Source of the DNA: Escherichia coli
Lineage (GTDB): Bacteria > Pseudomonadota > Gammaproteobacteria > Enterobacterales > Enterobacteriaceae
Length of the DNA stretch: 64,000 nucleotides
Direction: 5' to 3' (one strand)
Assembly (NCBI RefSeq): GCF_003334305.1
Contig: NZ_QOWS01000026.1
A model generated the notes under the pieces. The model searched no databases and was not told the origin of the DNA. It worked only from the letters and a program-made list of their open reading frames with translations. A program made the position numbers and the translations under genes. Shown here one piece after another: positions 24,129-33,102 of this stretch. Each line of letters opens with the position of its first letter. Position 1 is the first letter of the stretch.

Positions 24129-24617
24129 AATAATAAGAGTGTTGCAGTTGTTTCATTTATTACTCAAAAATGGTTTAGTTATCGCCCAGGATGAGTTATG
24201 GATGCTATGAATATATTATATTCAGGGATGTTTATTTTTTGATTGGATCTTTATTTGCATAATCTGAATGGTGTACCCGAAAAATGTCAGCATCCTAACA
24301 GCACCCGGATTTAAGGTGAAATTAATCATCCATCACAGACCGGTCAGTACTGCCACCAACCGGTCTTTACTTGTTCATCGTTATAATTTTGTTGGTAACA
24401 GTTCGGGAAACAAGGAATTCCTTCCGGAACCCCCCGGTATCATCCGATAGCATTGACGTCAATCATCAGCGCGACGATGAGTTTTTTTAATCGCATCATA
24501 GGGTGGCGACGTTCAGCACGATTACGGGTCATAGCAAAACTCCTGGGCAGGCGACCACTATGCCGCTTTCACAGGAGTTCTGAATGCTAGTGCTTTCTGT
24601 ATGGCATAACCATGCCT

Positions 24618-24908
24618 CTAACGGTTAAGTGCTTGCAGCACATGTTGCGGATCATTGGCAATCGCTCGCAGCAAAGCCTTTGCAGGCCCGGTCGGTGAAC
24701 GTCGCCCCTGCTCCCAGTTACGCAACGTGTCTACGCTTACAGAAATAAGATCGGCAAATTTAGATTGTGACAACCCTGAAGCGCGGCGTATTTCTTTGAT
24801 TTTCATAGCATCAACTTCAAAAGTCCGCGAAGGCTGTCGCGTTCCTTCAATAATTTCATTCATCTGGGCCATGCTGTGAGTCAACCGCTCAAAAAGTGCC
24901 TTATCCAT
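24618..24908 (-). CDS. XRE-family HTH antitoxin-like protein (HigA-type)
   Basis: 96 aa; HTH with hallmark LRNWEQGRRSPTGPAKALLR segment typical of HigA-2-type antidotes; start codon directly abuts stop of upstream toxin gene. Confidence 0.8.
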   Translation of the reverse strand: MDKALFERLTHSMAQMNEIIEGTRQPSRTFEVDAMKIKEIRRASGLSQSKFADLISVSVDTLRNWEQGRRSPTGPAKALLRAIANDPQHVLQALNR

Positions 24909-25220
24909 TTACCACCTCGTATTTAACAACCGGAGCATTGCTTTTTCCTGGGGAGACAGATCATCTTTAATACCCTTACGATAAATAAGCAGTAATCTGA
25001 TCTCATAATGTTTAACCTGATGAAAGTAAATAACCCTGACACCAGCACGTTTCCCCTTTCCTCCTGAAACCCATCGAACCTTTCTTAACCCACCAGTTTC
25101 AGGTATTACCTCACCATAGTCAGGATTCAAGGCCAGGAAAAACTGAAAACGACTGAATTCATCGTCGGTCAGCAGTTTTTGAACATCTTCAGTAAAAATT
25201 TCCGTTTCGATGAAGAGCAT
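24909..25220 (-). CDS. RelE/ParE-superfamily toxin-like protein (HigB-type)
   Basis: 103 aa; conserved GGLRKVRW..GKGKRAGVRVIYF core typical of HigB-2/Gp49-like toxins; located upstream of its HTH partner (toxin-first order). Confidence 0.75.
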   Translation of the reverse strand: MLFIETEIFTEDVQKLLTDDEFSRFQFFLALNPDYGEVIPETGGLRKVRWVSGGKGKRAGVRVIYFHQVKHYEIRLLLIYRKGIKDDLSPQEKAMLRLLNTRW

Positions 25221-25342
25221 AATTATACGCCATTGGCTTAGAGTAACAATCCTTTTTGTACGTCATTGACGTACCCTTGAAACCACTAGCTTACTGATAG
25301 TGCTCCAGCAAAACCACGTCTCTGCCGGGTTTGTCTTTAGAT

Positions 25343-25361
25343 TTGCGAGGCGCTTTCCAGA
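25343..25361 (-). promoter_or_regulatory. Recurrent 19-bp motif copy C, about 125 bp upstream of the HigB-like gene
   Basis: Plus strand TTGCGAGGCGCTTTCCAGA; lies between the divergent toxin and esterase genes. Confidence 0.35.
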
Positions 25362-25373
25362 TTTTTCACGCCC

Positions 25374-26357
25374 GTGAATTTCCCTGTATCCATCCAGCAA
25401 AAACGGGTGTATAAGACTGTACATTCATACAGCAAAATAAGTTCTACTATGGCACTGGAAAAAGGAATTGCAGAGTTAGTCGAAAAGTTTATCGCTGCGG
25501 GTCGCCCCTCATCGCGTCAACAAAGTATTGCGCAGCGCAGGGAGGGCTATATCGCCAGCGCTGTCCTTGCGGGTGAGACAGAAACGCGGGTAGATATTCA
25601 GACTATCGAACTTGAAGGGATGACCTTACGAATAGTGTCGCCGCTGAATGCCCCGACATTACTCCCGACGATAATTTATTACTACGGTGGCTGTTTTGTT
25701 AGCGGCGGGTTCGCAACTCACGACAACCAGCTGCGCCAGTTAGCCTATTACGGGCAATGTCGGGTTATTGCCGTCCAGTATCGGCTGGCACCGGAACATA
25801 CTTTCCCCGCCGCCCATGATGATGCGCAACGAGGTGCAGAAATAGTCTGGCAACACGCCGAACGACTCGGCGTTGATAAACAACGTATAACTCTTGCCGG
25901 TGACAGTGCGGGCGGACATCTGGCGCTGGTAACTGCTTTGCGATTAAAGCGTGCTGGCGAGTGGCAACCGGCACAACTCATCTTAATTTATCCTATGCTT
26001 GATGCGACTGCGCATTTCGAAAGCTACATACGCAATGGTCACGATTACATCATCACACGCGACACTTTACTGAGCGGCTTTGAGATGTATCTGCCAGGCA
26101 TTGAACGCAGGCATCCTGAAGCCAGCCCTCTTTGGCGCGATGATTTCAATGGCTTGCCACCTGTACATATCATTACCGCTGAATACGACCCACTTTGCGA
26201 TGAAGGTGAAGCGTTGTATCACCGCATGACAGGGCAAGGAGTGCAATGCACCTGCCAACGCTACCTTGGCGTTATCCACGGATTTTTTCAGTTAGGTGGT
26301 ATCAGCGAGGCCGCGCGATCGGCACTACGGGATGTTGCCTGGAGAGCGGGAAGGTAA
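25374..26357 (+). CDS. Alpha/beta-hydrolase esterase/lipase (Aes / hormone-sensitive-lipase family)
   Basis: YGGCFVSGG oxyanion-hole region, GDSAGG nucleophile elbow, downstream Asp and His (DPLCDEGE, GVIHGF); ORF track start is GTG at 25374, alternative ATG at 25449 (MALEKG..., 302 aa). Confidence 0.8.
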   Translation: MNFPVSIQQKRVYKTVHSYSKISSTMALEKGIAELVEKFIAAGRPSSRQQSIAQRREGYIASAVLAGETETRVDIQTIELEGMTLRIVSPLNAPTLLPTIIYYYGGCFVSGGFATHDNQLRQLAYYGQCRVIAVQYRLAPEHTFPAAHDDAQRGAEIVWQHAERLGVDKQRITLAGDSAGGHLALVTALRLKRAGEWQPAQLILIYPMLDATAHFESYIRNGHDYIITRDTLLSGFEMYLPGIERRHPEASPLWRDDFNGLPPVHIITAEYDPLCDEGEALYHRMTGQGVQCTCQRYLGVIHGFFQLGGISEAARSALRDVAWRAGR

Positions 26358-26375
26358 CTTCGGACCTGGGCCCTG

Positions 26376-26408
26376 AAAAGGTTTTCAGATTGAAAACCTT
26401 TTCAGTCA
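26376..26408. terminator. Perfect 14-bp inverted repeat between convergent esterase and yiiD
   Basis: CTGAAAAGGTTTTC agatt GAAAACCTTTTCAG; no T-run, so terminator function uncertain. Confidence 0.4.
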
Positions 26409-26420
26409 AGTAAAACGCCC

Positions 26421-27410
26421 CTACTCTTCTTCGTTCCCGCCCTCTTCATACGGGCCAAATGGCTTCGCGGGCAGAACGATATACGTGCCTTCAAACACTG
26501 CACCCGGCGTCTCGTCGCCAAAGATTTCAACTTGCATCTGCACCCGTGCTTTTCGTCCGCGCGCCAGACGGTCGAGATCGCCGCTTAAGGCACCAAGGTC
26601 GGCTATCGCATGAGGTTTACCGCTAATCGGCTTGCTGTAGCGGATATGCGCATCCGCCAGAATAATCGTTCCGCCGAGATGGCGTTCGCGCAGCATCAGC
26701 CAGATAAGCCCCCAACCGGTGAGCGTCGCCAGCGAGAATAAACTCCCGGCAAACAGCGTATGGTGCGGATTCTGATTGCCGGTTTCCGGCATGGTGGTGA
26801 TAAATTTTTGCCCGGTATATTGTTGAATGCGCACGCCCATTTTTTCGCTTAATGGAATGTGTTCATACCACGCCTGTTGCAGCTGGGCGCACCAGTCACC
26901 GCGATGCAGAATATCATCCAGAGTGGCAACGGGTTTAATCATCAAAAAATGGCGAATCGGCGTGGTAGTTGGGGTGGTGATCTCCCCCTGATTAATGAAT
27001 CCCAGCTTGGCGAAAAACTCCACCGCGTCTTCACGGGCGCTACAGGTCACGCGCTTAACGCCTTCCTGACGCGCCACCGACTCCAGGGTCATCGCCATCA
27101 GCGTTCCTAACCCTTTGTCCTGCACGTCGGGATGAACGGCCATAAAGCGAATGGACGCTTCATTGTCGGCATTAATATACAATCGGCCTACCGCCACCAG
27201 ATTACCCTGCTCGTCGACGACCATCTGGTGATGCGCCATCGCATCCCACGCGTCGCGTTCCGAACCTTTTGGTTGATGCAGGGGCTTACGCAACATTTCC
27301 CAGCGAAACTGATAGTAACGCTCTAATTCTTCTTCTGTTTGTGGAACCCGAAGGTGATACATAGCGATACTCTCTCTTGTTTCCCGTGACAACCCTGGAA
27401 GCTGGCTCAT
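26421..27410 (-). CDS. yiiD: GNAT acetyltransferase / thioesterase fusion protein YiiD (FabY)
   Basis: 329 aa [40 protein letters not shown]. Confidence 0.88.
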
Positions 27411-27844
27411 ACCTGCAACCAGAATGTCACGGGGCCATCATTGACCAGCGATACCTGCATATCGGCAGCGAAGCGTCCTGTTTGCGTGTTCATCTCTTGC
27501 TGGCGGCAGCGTTCGACGAAATAGTCATATAACGCCTCTGCGCGATCCGGTGATGCGCCTTTGGAGAAACTTGGGCGCATCCCTCGTTCGGTATCTGCGG
27601 CGAGGGTAAACTGGGAAACCACCAGTACACTGCCGCCCGCCTGTTGCACGTTGAGATTCATCTTGCCTTCGGCATCGCTAAAGATGCGGTAGCCGAGCAC
27701 ACGCTCGCACAGACGGTTTGCTTTCTGTTCGTCGTCATCCTTTTCGACACCCAATAACACCAAAAGTCCCGCGCCAATTTCGCCCGTCACTTCTCCCTCC
27801 ACGGTGACGCTGGCACGGGTTACGCGTTGAATTAATGCAATCAT
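27407..27844 (-). CDS. dtd: D-aminoacyl-tRNA deacylase
   Basis: 145 aa [40 protein letters not shown]. Confidence 0.95.
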
Positions 27845-28713
27845 GGTTCGTCGTCTTCTTCTTGTTCAGCTGCTTGTTTTAGTTTGCGGTATTCCCCGAG
27901 AGTGACAGTAATTTCCGCGCCAAGCAAGACGATACACCATGTCCAGTAGACCCAAACAAAGAGAATGGGGATCACCGCCAGCACGCCGTAAATGAGCTGA
28001 TATGACGGGAACATGGTGATATAAAGCGCGAAACCTTTCTTTCCTGCTTCGAACAGGAGTGCAGCGACAAACGCGCCGACAATCGCGTCGCGGTTAGGTA
28101 CGCGGATGGTAGGAACAATGCTGTACAGCAACCAGAAGGAGATCCACGACAACAGCAGCGGAAAAATACGCAGCACGTTGTCGATGACAGTATTGAGATC
28201 GCTCGCCCAGCGCAGGGAGAGCAAATAGGAACTGATCGCCAGACTGGCCCCTGCCAGCAGCGGCCCCAGCGTTAAAATCATCCAGTACACGGCAAACGAG
28301 TAAATTTTTGGTCGCGCTCGTTTACTGCGCCAGATGGTATTCAACGCGCTATCGATGGAGTACATCAACAATAATGCGGTGACGATCAGCCCGCACGCGC
28401 CAACGGCGGTCATCTTGTTGGAATTGGCAACAAATTGTTCGATATACCGCTGAATAACATCGCCAGTAGCAGGCAGAAAGTTGGCAAAAATAAAGTGACG
28501 CAACTGAATGCTGACGTCGGAAAACATGGGAAAAGCGGCGAAAAGCGCAAAAACAACGGCAACCAGCGGCACTAATGAGAGCAAAGACACATAGGCAAGG
28601 TTACCTGCCAGGGTTGTCATGTTGTCCTCATCAATACGTTGCCAGAGTAGTTTTAGCCAGGCCCATAGTGGACGAGTACGGTGCCTGGCTTTGTCCTGAA
28701 TGGTTTTTAGCAT
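27841..28713 (-). CDS. yihY: BrkB/YihY-family inner-membrane protein
   Basis: 290 aa multi-TM protein; 4-bp overlaps with neighbours indicate operon yihX-yihY-dtd-yiiD. Confidence 0.88.
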
Positions 28714-29306
28714 AACACCTTCGCGAAATAGTCCGGGATGGTGGTTTTATCTTTCACCAGAATACTGGTAATGCCCAGCTGATTGGCTCCTTCTATATTA
28801 TCGGCGTTATCGTCGAAAAAGACCGTATCGCTGGGTGAAAAACCTTCCGCCTGCAAAACATGCTGGTAAATTCGTGCTTCAGGTTTGCGCATCCCCAGAT
28901 CTTGCGACAGATAGATATGGTCAGCAGCATCACGAATTTCCGGGTATTCTTCCGGCCAGAAGGTGGTATGCAGGCGGTTGGTATTGGAAAGCACCACCAC
29001 GCGATGCCCCTGCTCACGCAGTTTATGCATGATGGCGATCACTTCCGGGCGCAGCGCAACAAACACCGCCTGCCAGCCGTGAGAGAACTGCTCGTAGCTT
29101 AGCGGTAGAGCCATCTCATGACACAGCGCCTCTGCGAACGCTTCGTCGCTAATTTCCCCACGCTCATGCTGATGAAACGCCTCCCCCATATGAAAACTCT
29201 TCTTAAGCGATGCCAGCGGAATACGCGTTAAATCGCTCCAGGCTCCCAGCACACGGTTAAAGTCGATATCGACAATCACATTACCTAAATCAAAGATATA
29301 GAGCAT
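28707..29306 (-). CDS. yihX: HAD-family alpha-D-glucose-1-phosphate phosphatase
   Basis: 199 aa from [16 protein letters not shown] (HAD motif I DxG); ORF track extends 7 codons upstream. Confidence 0.88.
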
Positions 29307-29404
29307 TTTTGCCTCCTTTCGCGCCACAAGAAATTAACTGTAGCGGGAAAGGATGGGTTTGGCTATGTGGCAAGGTATGAAGCCAGGTTAACGGTCACAA
29401 AAAT

Positions 29405-30190
29405 CTACGCGTCTTCCTGGGGAAGAATGATTTCAATTTGGCTGTCTTGTAAGCGTGATTTTAGCGCAGCGGGCGGCAGCTCGTCGGTAAAGAGCGCAGT
29501 GACCTGTGCCACGTTACCAATTTCAACCGCCGCCGAAGCATGATACTTAGTGTGATCGGCGACCAGCAGAATATTTCTCGCGTGCGCCATCATCGTTTTC
29601 ACCACGTTAGCTTCGTTTACATCAAACTCCATCAACGCGCCATCGCTCTCAATCGCCCCAACGCTTGTTACCAGATAATCAGCACGAAAATCAGCCACAA
29701 AGGACGCCGCTGAAGGGCCAATGATCCCGCTATTATGAGAGCGCAACGTACCGCCGGGCACCATCACTTCAAAGCGCGGGTTGTGGTAAAGAATATGCGC
29801 CACACGCAGGCTGTTGGTGATTATCCGCAAATGATTATGGTTAAGTAACGCCCGGGCAACATGCTCAACAGTCGTACCAATGGTGATAAATATTGTTGAA
29901 CCATCAGGAATATAGTCTGCCACCGCTTCGGCAATCGCTTTTTTTTCCTCGGTTTGCGAAACCTCACGCTGCTCGAACGCCGTATTAACGACGCTGGAAG
30001 CCCGACCCGCGCCACCGTGATGGCGCGTAATCAGGCCTTGCTCGCTTAATTTACGAATATCCCGGCGGACCGTCTGCGTGGAGACATCCAGCAGATTTGC
30101 CAGCTCATCAATATTCATATACCCACGCTCGGCGATCAGCATGAGGAGTTGGTCGTGCCGCGGGTTACCGGTTAGTTCGGTAAGGCTCAT
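29405..30190 (-). CDS. yihW: DeoR-family regulator of sulfoquinovose catabolism (CsqR)
   Basis: 261 aa from MSLTELTGNPRHDQLLMLIAERGYMNIDELANLL; DeoR HTH. Confidence 0.88.
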   Translation of the reverse strand: MSLTELTGNPRHDQLLMLIAERGYMNIDELANLLDVSTQTVRRDIRKLSEQGLITRHHGGAGRASSVVNTAFEQREVSQTEEKKAIAEAVADYIPDGSTIFITIGTTVEHVARALLNHNHLRIITNSLRVAHILYHNPRFEVMVPGGTLRSHNSGIIGPSAASFVADFRADYLVTSVGAIESDGALMEFDVNEANVVKTMMAHARNILLVADHTKYHASAAVEIGNVAQVTALFTDELPPAALKSRLQDSQIEIILPQEDA

Positions 30191-30223
30191 GAAAATTCCT
30201 CGAAAAACCATCACCCTGGCATT

Positions 30224-31120
30224 TTATACAAAAAGTGACAAAAAAGATCGGGTTTGATCACAGTCAGGGATCCCGGCTCGTCCACCGGGACGTGTGCATT
30301 TTAACGCCGCTACACCGCTGGCGAAGCGGACTGACTCCGCTAAATCCCCACTTGTTGCCAGCGCCACCGCCAAAGCGCCGTGAAAAACATCACCCGCACC
30401 TGTGGTATCTACCACATCAACTTTGAAGGCCGGTTGATGCTGACGCCCACCATTTTCCAGCCAGTCGCAGCCTGCGCTACCCTGGGTCACATAGACATGA
30501 CCATTTGTGAGCGTTTGTGCCTGTTTTAGCGCACTGGCCATCTCTTTCACGCCCGTTAAGCGCGCCAGACCCGGTTCTGAAAAGGCCGCGTGATCGCTTA
30601 ATGCCACCAGCTCACTGATATCCTGCGGCGTAATGTCCCCGTCCAGAACGGTCATCACACCCGCCTGACGGGCCAGGGTGAAGGCTTTTTTAGCGCCGTC
30701 GTGCCAGCGTACATCTGCCAGCACAACATCCCACTGAGAGAAATCAATTTCCTCCAACCACTCTGCGTCAGGCAGCAGATCCGGGCTGGGGTAGTTAATG
30801 ATTATCCGCTCGCCTTTGGTATCCACCATGATGGCGGATTGCGAAGATTTCGCCTGGTTATACCGTTTGGTGTAACGGGTGTTAACGCCCCAGGATTCCA
30901 GCTCTGCCAGCAGGCTGTTGCCCGTGTCGTCATCACCTACGCGACCAATAAAATCGACCTGCGCCCCCAGCCTTGCCGCCGCAACCGCTGCCGTCGCCGC
31001 TGGCCCGCCACCAACTTCCGTATAATTTCTCGCCACGTATTTACCGCTCTCCGTCGGTAACCCTTCCACGTAATAGATGCGATCCATCACGGTTATACCT
31101 ACACAAGCAACACGAATCAT
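30224..31120 (-). CDS. yihV: 6-deoxy-6-sulfofructose kinase (PfkB family)
   Basis: 298 aa MIRVACVGITVMDRIYYVEG, ribokinase-like GAGD motif. Confidence 0.88.
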   Translation of the reverse strand: MIRVACVGITVMDRIYYVEGLPTESGKYVARNYTEVGGGPAATAAVAAARLGAQVDFIGRVGDDDTGNSLLAELESWGVNTRYTKRYNQAKSSQSAIMVDTKGERIIINYPSPDLLPDAEWLEEIDFSQWDVVLADVRWHDGAKKAFTLARQAGVMTVLDGDITPQDISELVALSDHAAFSEPGLARLTGVKEMASALKQAQTLTNGHVYVTQGSAGCDWLENGGRQHQPAFKVDVVDTTGAGDVFHGALAVALATSGDLAESVRFASGVAALKCTRPGGRAGIPDCDQTRSFLSLFV

Positions 31121-31126
31121 GGTCAT

Positions 31127-31287
31127 TCCTTAAACATTTTGGGATGCGTTCATTTTAATTTCACCAATTGTTTAAAAAGTGACGGCTGTCAATTTTTTGA
31201 CGATAAATTACAAATACGATCAAAAACAGACAAGCAAAGCATGTCATAAATGACAAAAAGTGACATCACTGTATTCAGGAGAGGGTT
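31127..31287. promoter_or_regulatory. Divergent yihV / yihUTS promoter region
   Basis: 161-bp AT-rich intergenic region between divergently transcribed sulfoglycolysis genes. Confidence 0.5.
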
Positions 31288-32184
31288 ATGGCAGCAATCG
31301 CGTTTATCGGTTTAGGACAAATGGGTTCGCCAATGGCGAGCAATTTATTGCAGCAAGGGCATCAACTTCGCGTCTTTGATGTGAACGCCGAAGCTGTGCG
31401 GCATCTGGTAGACAAAGGTGCGACTCCCGCCGCCAACCCAGCGCAGGCCGCTAAAGATGCCGAATTTATCATTACCATGTTGCCGAATGGCGATCTGGTG
31501 CGCAACGTGTTGTTCGGTGAAAACGGCGTTTGCGAAGGCTTATCTACCGATGCGCTGGTCATTGATATGTCCACCATCCATCCGCTGCAAACCGATAAAT
31601 TGATTGCCGATATGCAAGCCAAAGGCTTCAGCATGATGGATGTTCCGGTAGGCCGTACTTCTGCAAATGCCATTACCGGTACTCTGTTACTGCTGGCTGG
31701 CGGCACCGCTGAACAAGTTGAACGTGCCACACCGATCCTGATGGCGATGGGCAGTGAGTTGATCAACTCTGGCGGTCCGGGCATGGGGATCCGCGTTAAG
31801 CTCATCAACAACTACATGAGCATCGCGCTCAATGCGCTTTCGGCAGAAGCCGCCGTTTTGTGCGAAGCCCTGAATCTTCCCTTCGATGTTGCCGTCAAAG
31901 TGATGAGCGGTACCGCCGCCGGTAAAGGTCACTTCACCACTTCCTGGCCAAACAAAGTCCTCAGCGGAGATCTTTCTCCCGCCTTCATGATCGATCTTGC
32001 CCATAAGGATCTTGGCATCGCCCTTGATGTCGCCAACCAGCTGCATGTGCCAATGCCGCTGGGGGCCGCCTCACGGGAGGTTTATAGCCAGGCGCGCGCA
32101 GCGGGTCGCGGTCGCCAGGACTGGTCCGCCATTCTGGAACAGGTCCGTGTCAGTGCCGGGATGACTGCCAAAGTAAAAATGTAA
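31288..32184 (+). CDS. yihU: 3-sulfolactaldehyde reductase
   Basis: 298 aa [23 protein letters not shown]-binding beta-hydroxyacid dehydrogenase fold. Confidence 0.9.
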   Translation: MAAIAFIGLGQMGSPMASNLLQQGHQLRVFDVNAEAVRHLVDKGATPAANPAQAAKDAEFIITMLPNGDLVRNVLFGENGVCEGLSTDALVIDMSTIHPLQTDKLIADMQAKGFSMMDVPVGRTSANAITGTLLLLAGGTAEQVERATPILMAMGSELINSGGPGMGIRVKLINNYMSIALNALSAEAAVLCEALNLPFDVAVKVMSGTAAGKGHFTTSWPNKVLSGDLSPAFMIDLAHKDLGIALDVANQLHVPMPLGAASREVYSQARAAGRGRQDWSAILEQVRVSAGMTAKVKM

Positions 32185-32207
32185 CGACTGGATAAAGGAA
32201 TAAATGA

Positions 32208-33086
32208 ATGAATAAGTACACCATCAACGACATTACGCGCGCATCGGGCGGTTTTGCCATGCTGGCGGTCGATCAGCGCGAAGCCATGCGCATGATGTTT
32301 GCCGCGGCTGGGGCACCCGCTCCGGTAGCCGATAGCGTTTTAACTGATTTCAAAGTTAACGCTGCAAAGGCCCTCTCGCCTTATGCCTCGGCGATTCTGG
32401 TAGATCAACAATTCTGCTACCGCCAGGTGGTTGAGCAAAACGCGATTGCCAAAAGTTGCGCCATGATTGTCGCCGCCGATGAGTTCATTCCTGGCAACGG
32501 TATTCCGGTCGATAGCGTGGTTATTGACCGCAAAATCAATCCGCTACAGATCAAACAAGACGGTGGCAAAGCCTTAAAACTGCTGGTGCTGTGGCGTAGT
32601 GATGAAGATGCGCAGCAACGTCTGGATATGGTGAAAGAGTTCAACGAACTGTGCCACTCACACGGTCTGGTAAGCATCATTGAGCCAGTCGTCCGCCCAC
32701 CGCGTCGTGGCGATAAATTCGATCGCGAACAAGCGATCATCGATGCCGCCAAAGAGCTGGGCGACAGTGGCGCTGACCTCTACAAAGTTGAAATGCCGCT
32801 TTATGGCAAAGGTCCGCAACAAGAGCTTCTCTGTGCTTCACAACGTCTGAATGACCATATCAATATGCCATGGGTGATCCTCTCTTCCGGTGTCGACGAA
32901 AAACTGTTCCCGCGTGCCGTACGCGTGGCAATGACGGCGGGCGCATCGGGATTCCTGGCAGGCCGTGCAGTCTGGGCATCGGTCGTCGGTTTACCAGACA
33001 ACGAGCTGATGCTGCGTGACGTTTGCGCACCGAAATTACAACAACTTGGCGATATCGTCGACGAAATGATGGCTAAACGCCGCTAA
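32208..33086 (+). CDS. yihT: 6-deoxy-6-sulfofructose-1-phosphate aldolase
   Basis: 292 aa class I aldolase-like ([27 protein letters not shown]). Confidence 0.9.
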   Translation: MNKYTINDITRASGGFAMLAVDQREAMRMMFAAAGAPAPVADSVLTDFKVNAAKALSPYASAILVDQQFCYRQVVEQNAIAKSCAMIVAADEFIPGNGIPVDSVVIDRKINPLQIKQDGGKALKLLVLWRSDEDAQQRLDMVKEFNELCHSHGLVSIIEPVVRPPRRGDKFDREQAIIDAAKELGDSGADLYKVEMPLYGKGPQQELLCASQRLNDHINMPWVILSSGVDEKLFPRAVRVAMTAGASGFLAGRAVWASVVGLPDNELMLRDVCAPKLQQLGDIVDEMMAKRR

Positions 33087-33102
33087 GATGAGGATAAAAG
33101 GA

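Noticed and set aside
24268-24450. 60-aa plus-strand ORF in the yiiE-proximal gap
   Set aside because: No ribosome-binding site, no recognisable motif, opposite in orientation to all neighbouring genes; probably spurious, though the region itself is flagged as interesting.
25221-25260. Possible sigma-70 promoter producing a leaderless HigB-like mRNA (TATAAT directly before the ATG)
   Set aside because: The hexamer ends only 1 nt before the ATG, so a start site 7 nt downstream would fall inside the ORF; geometry does not fit.
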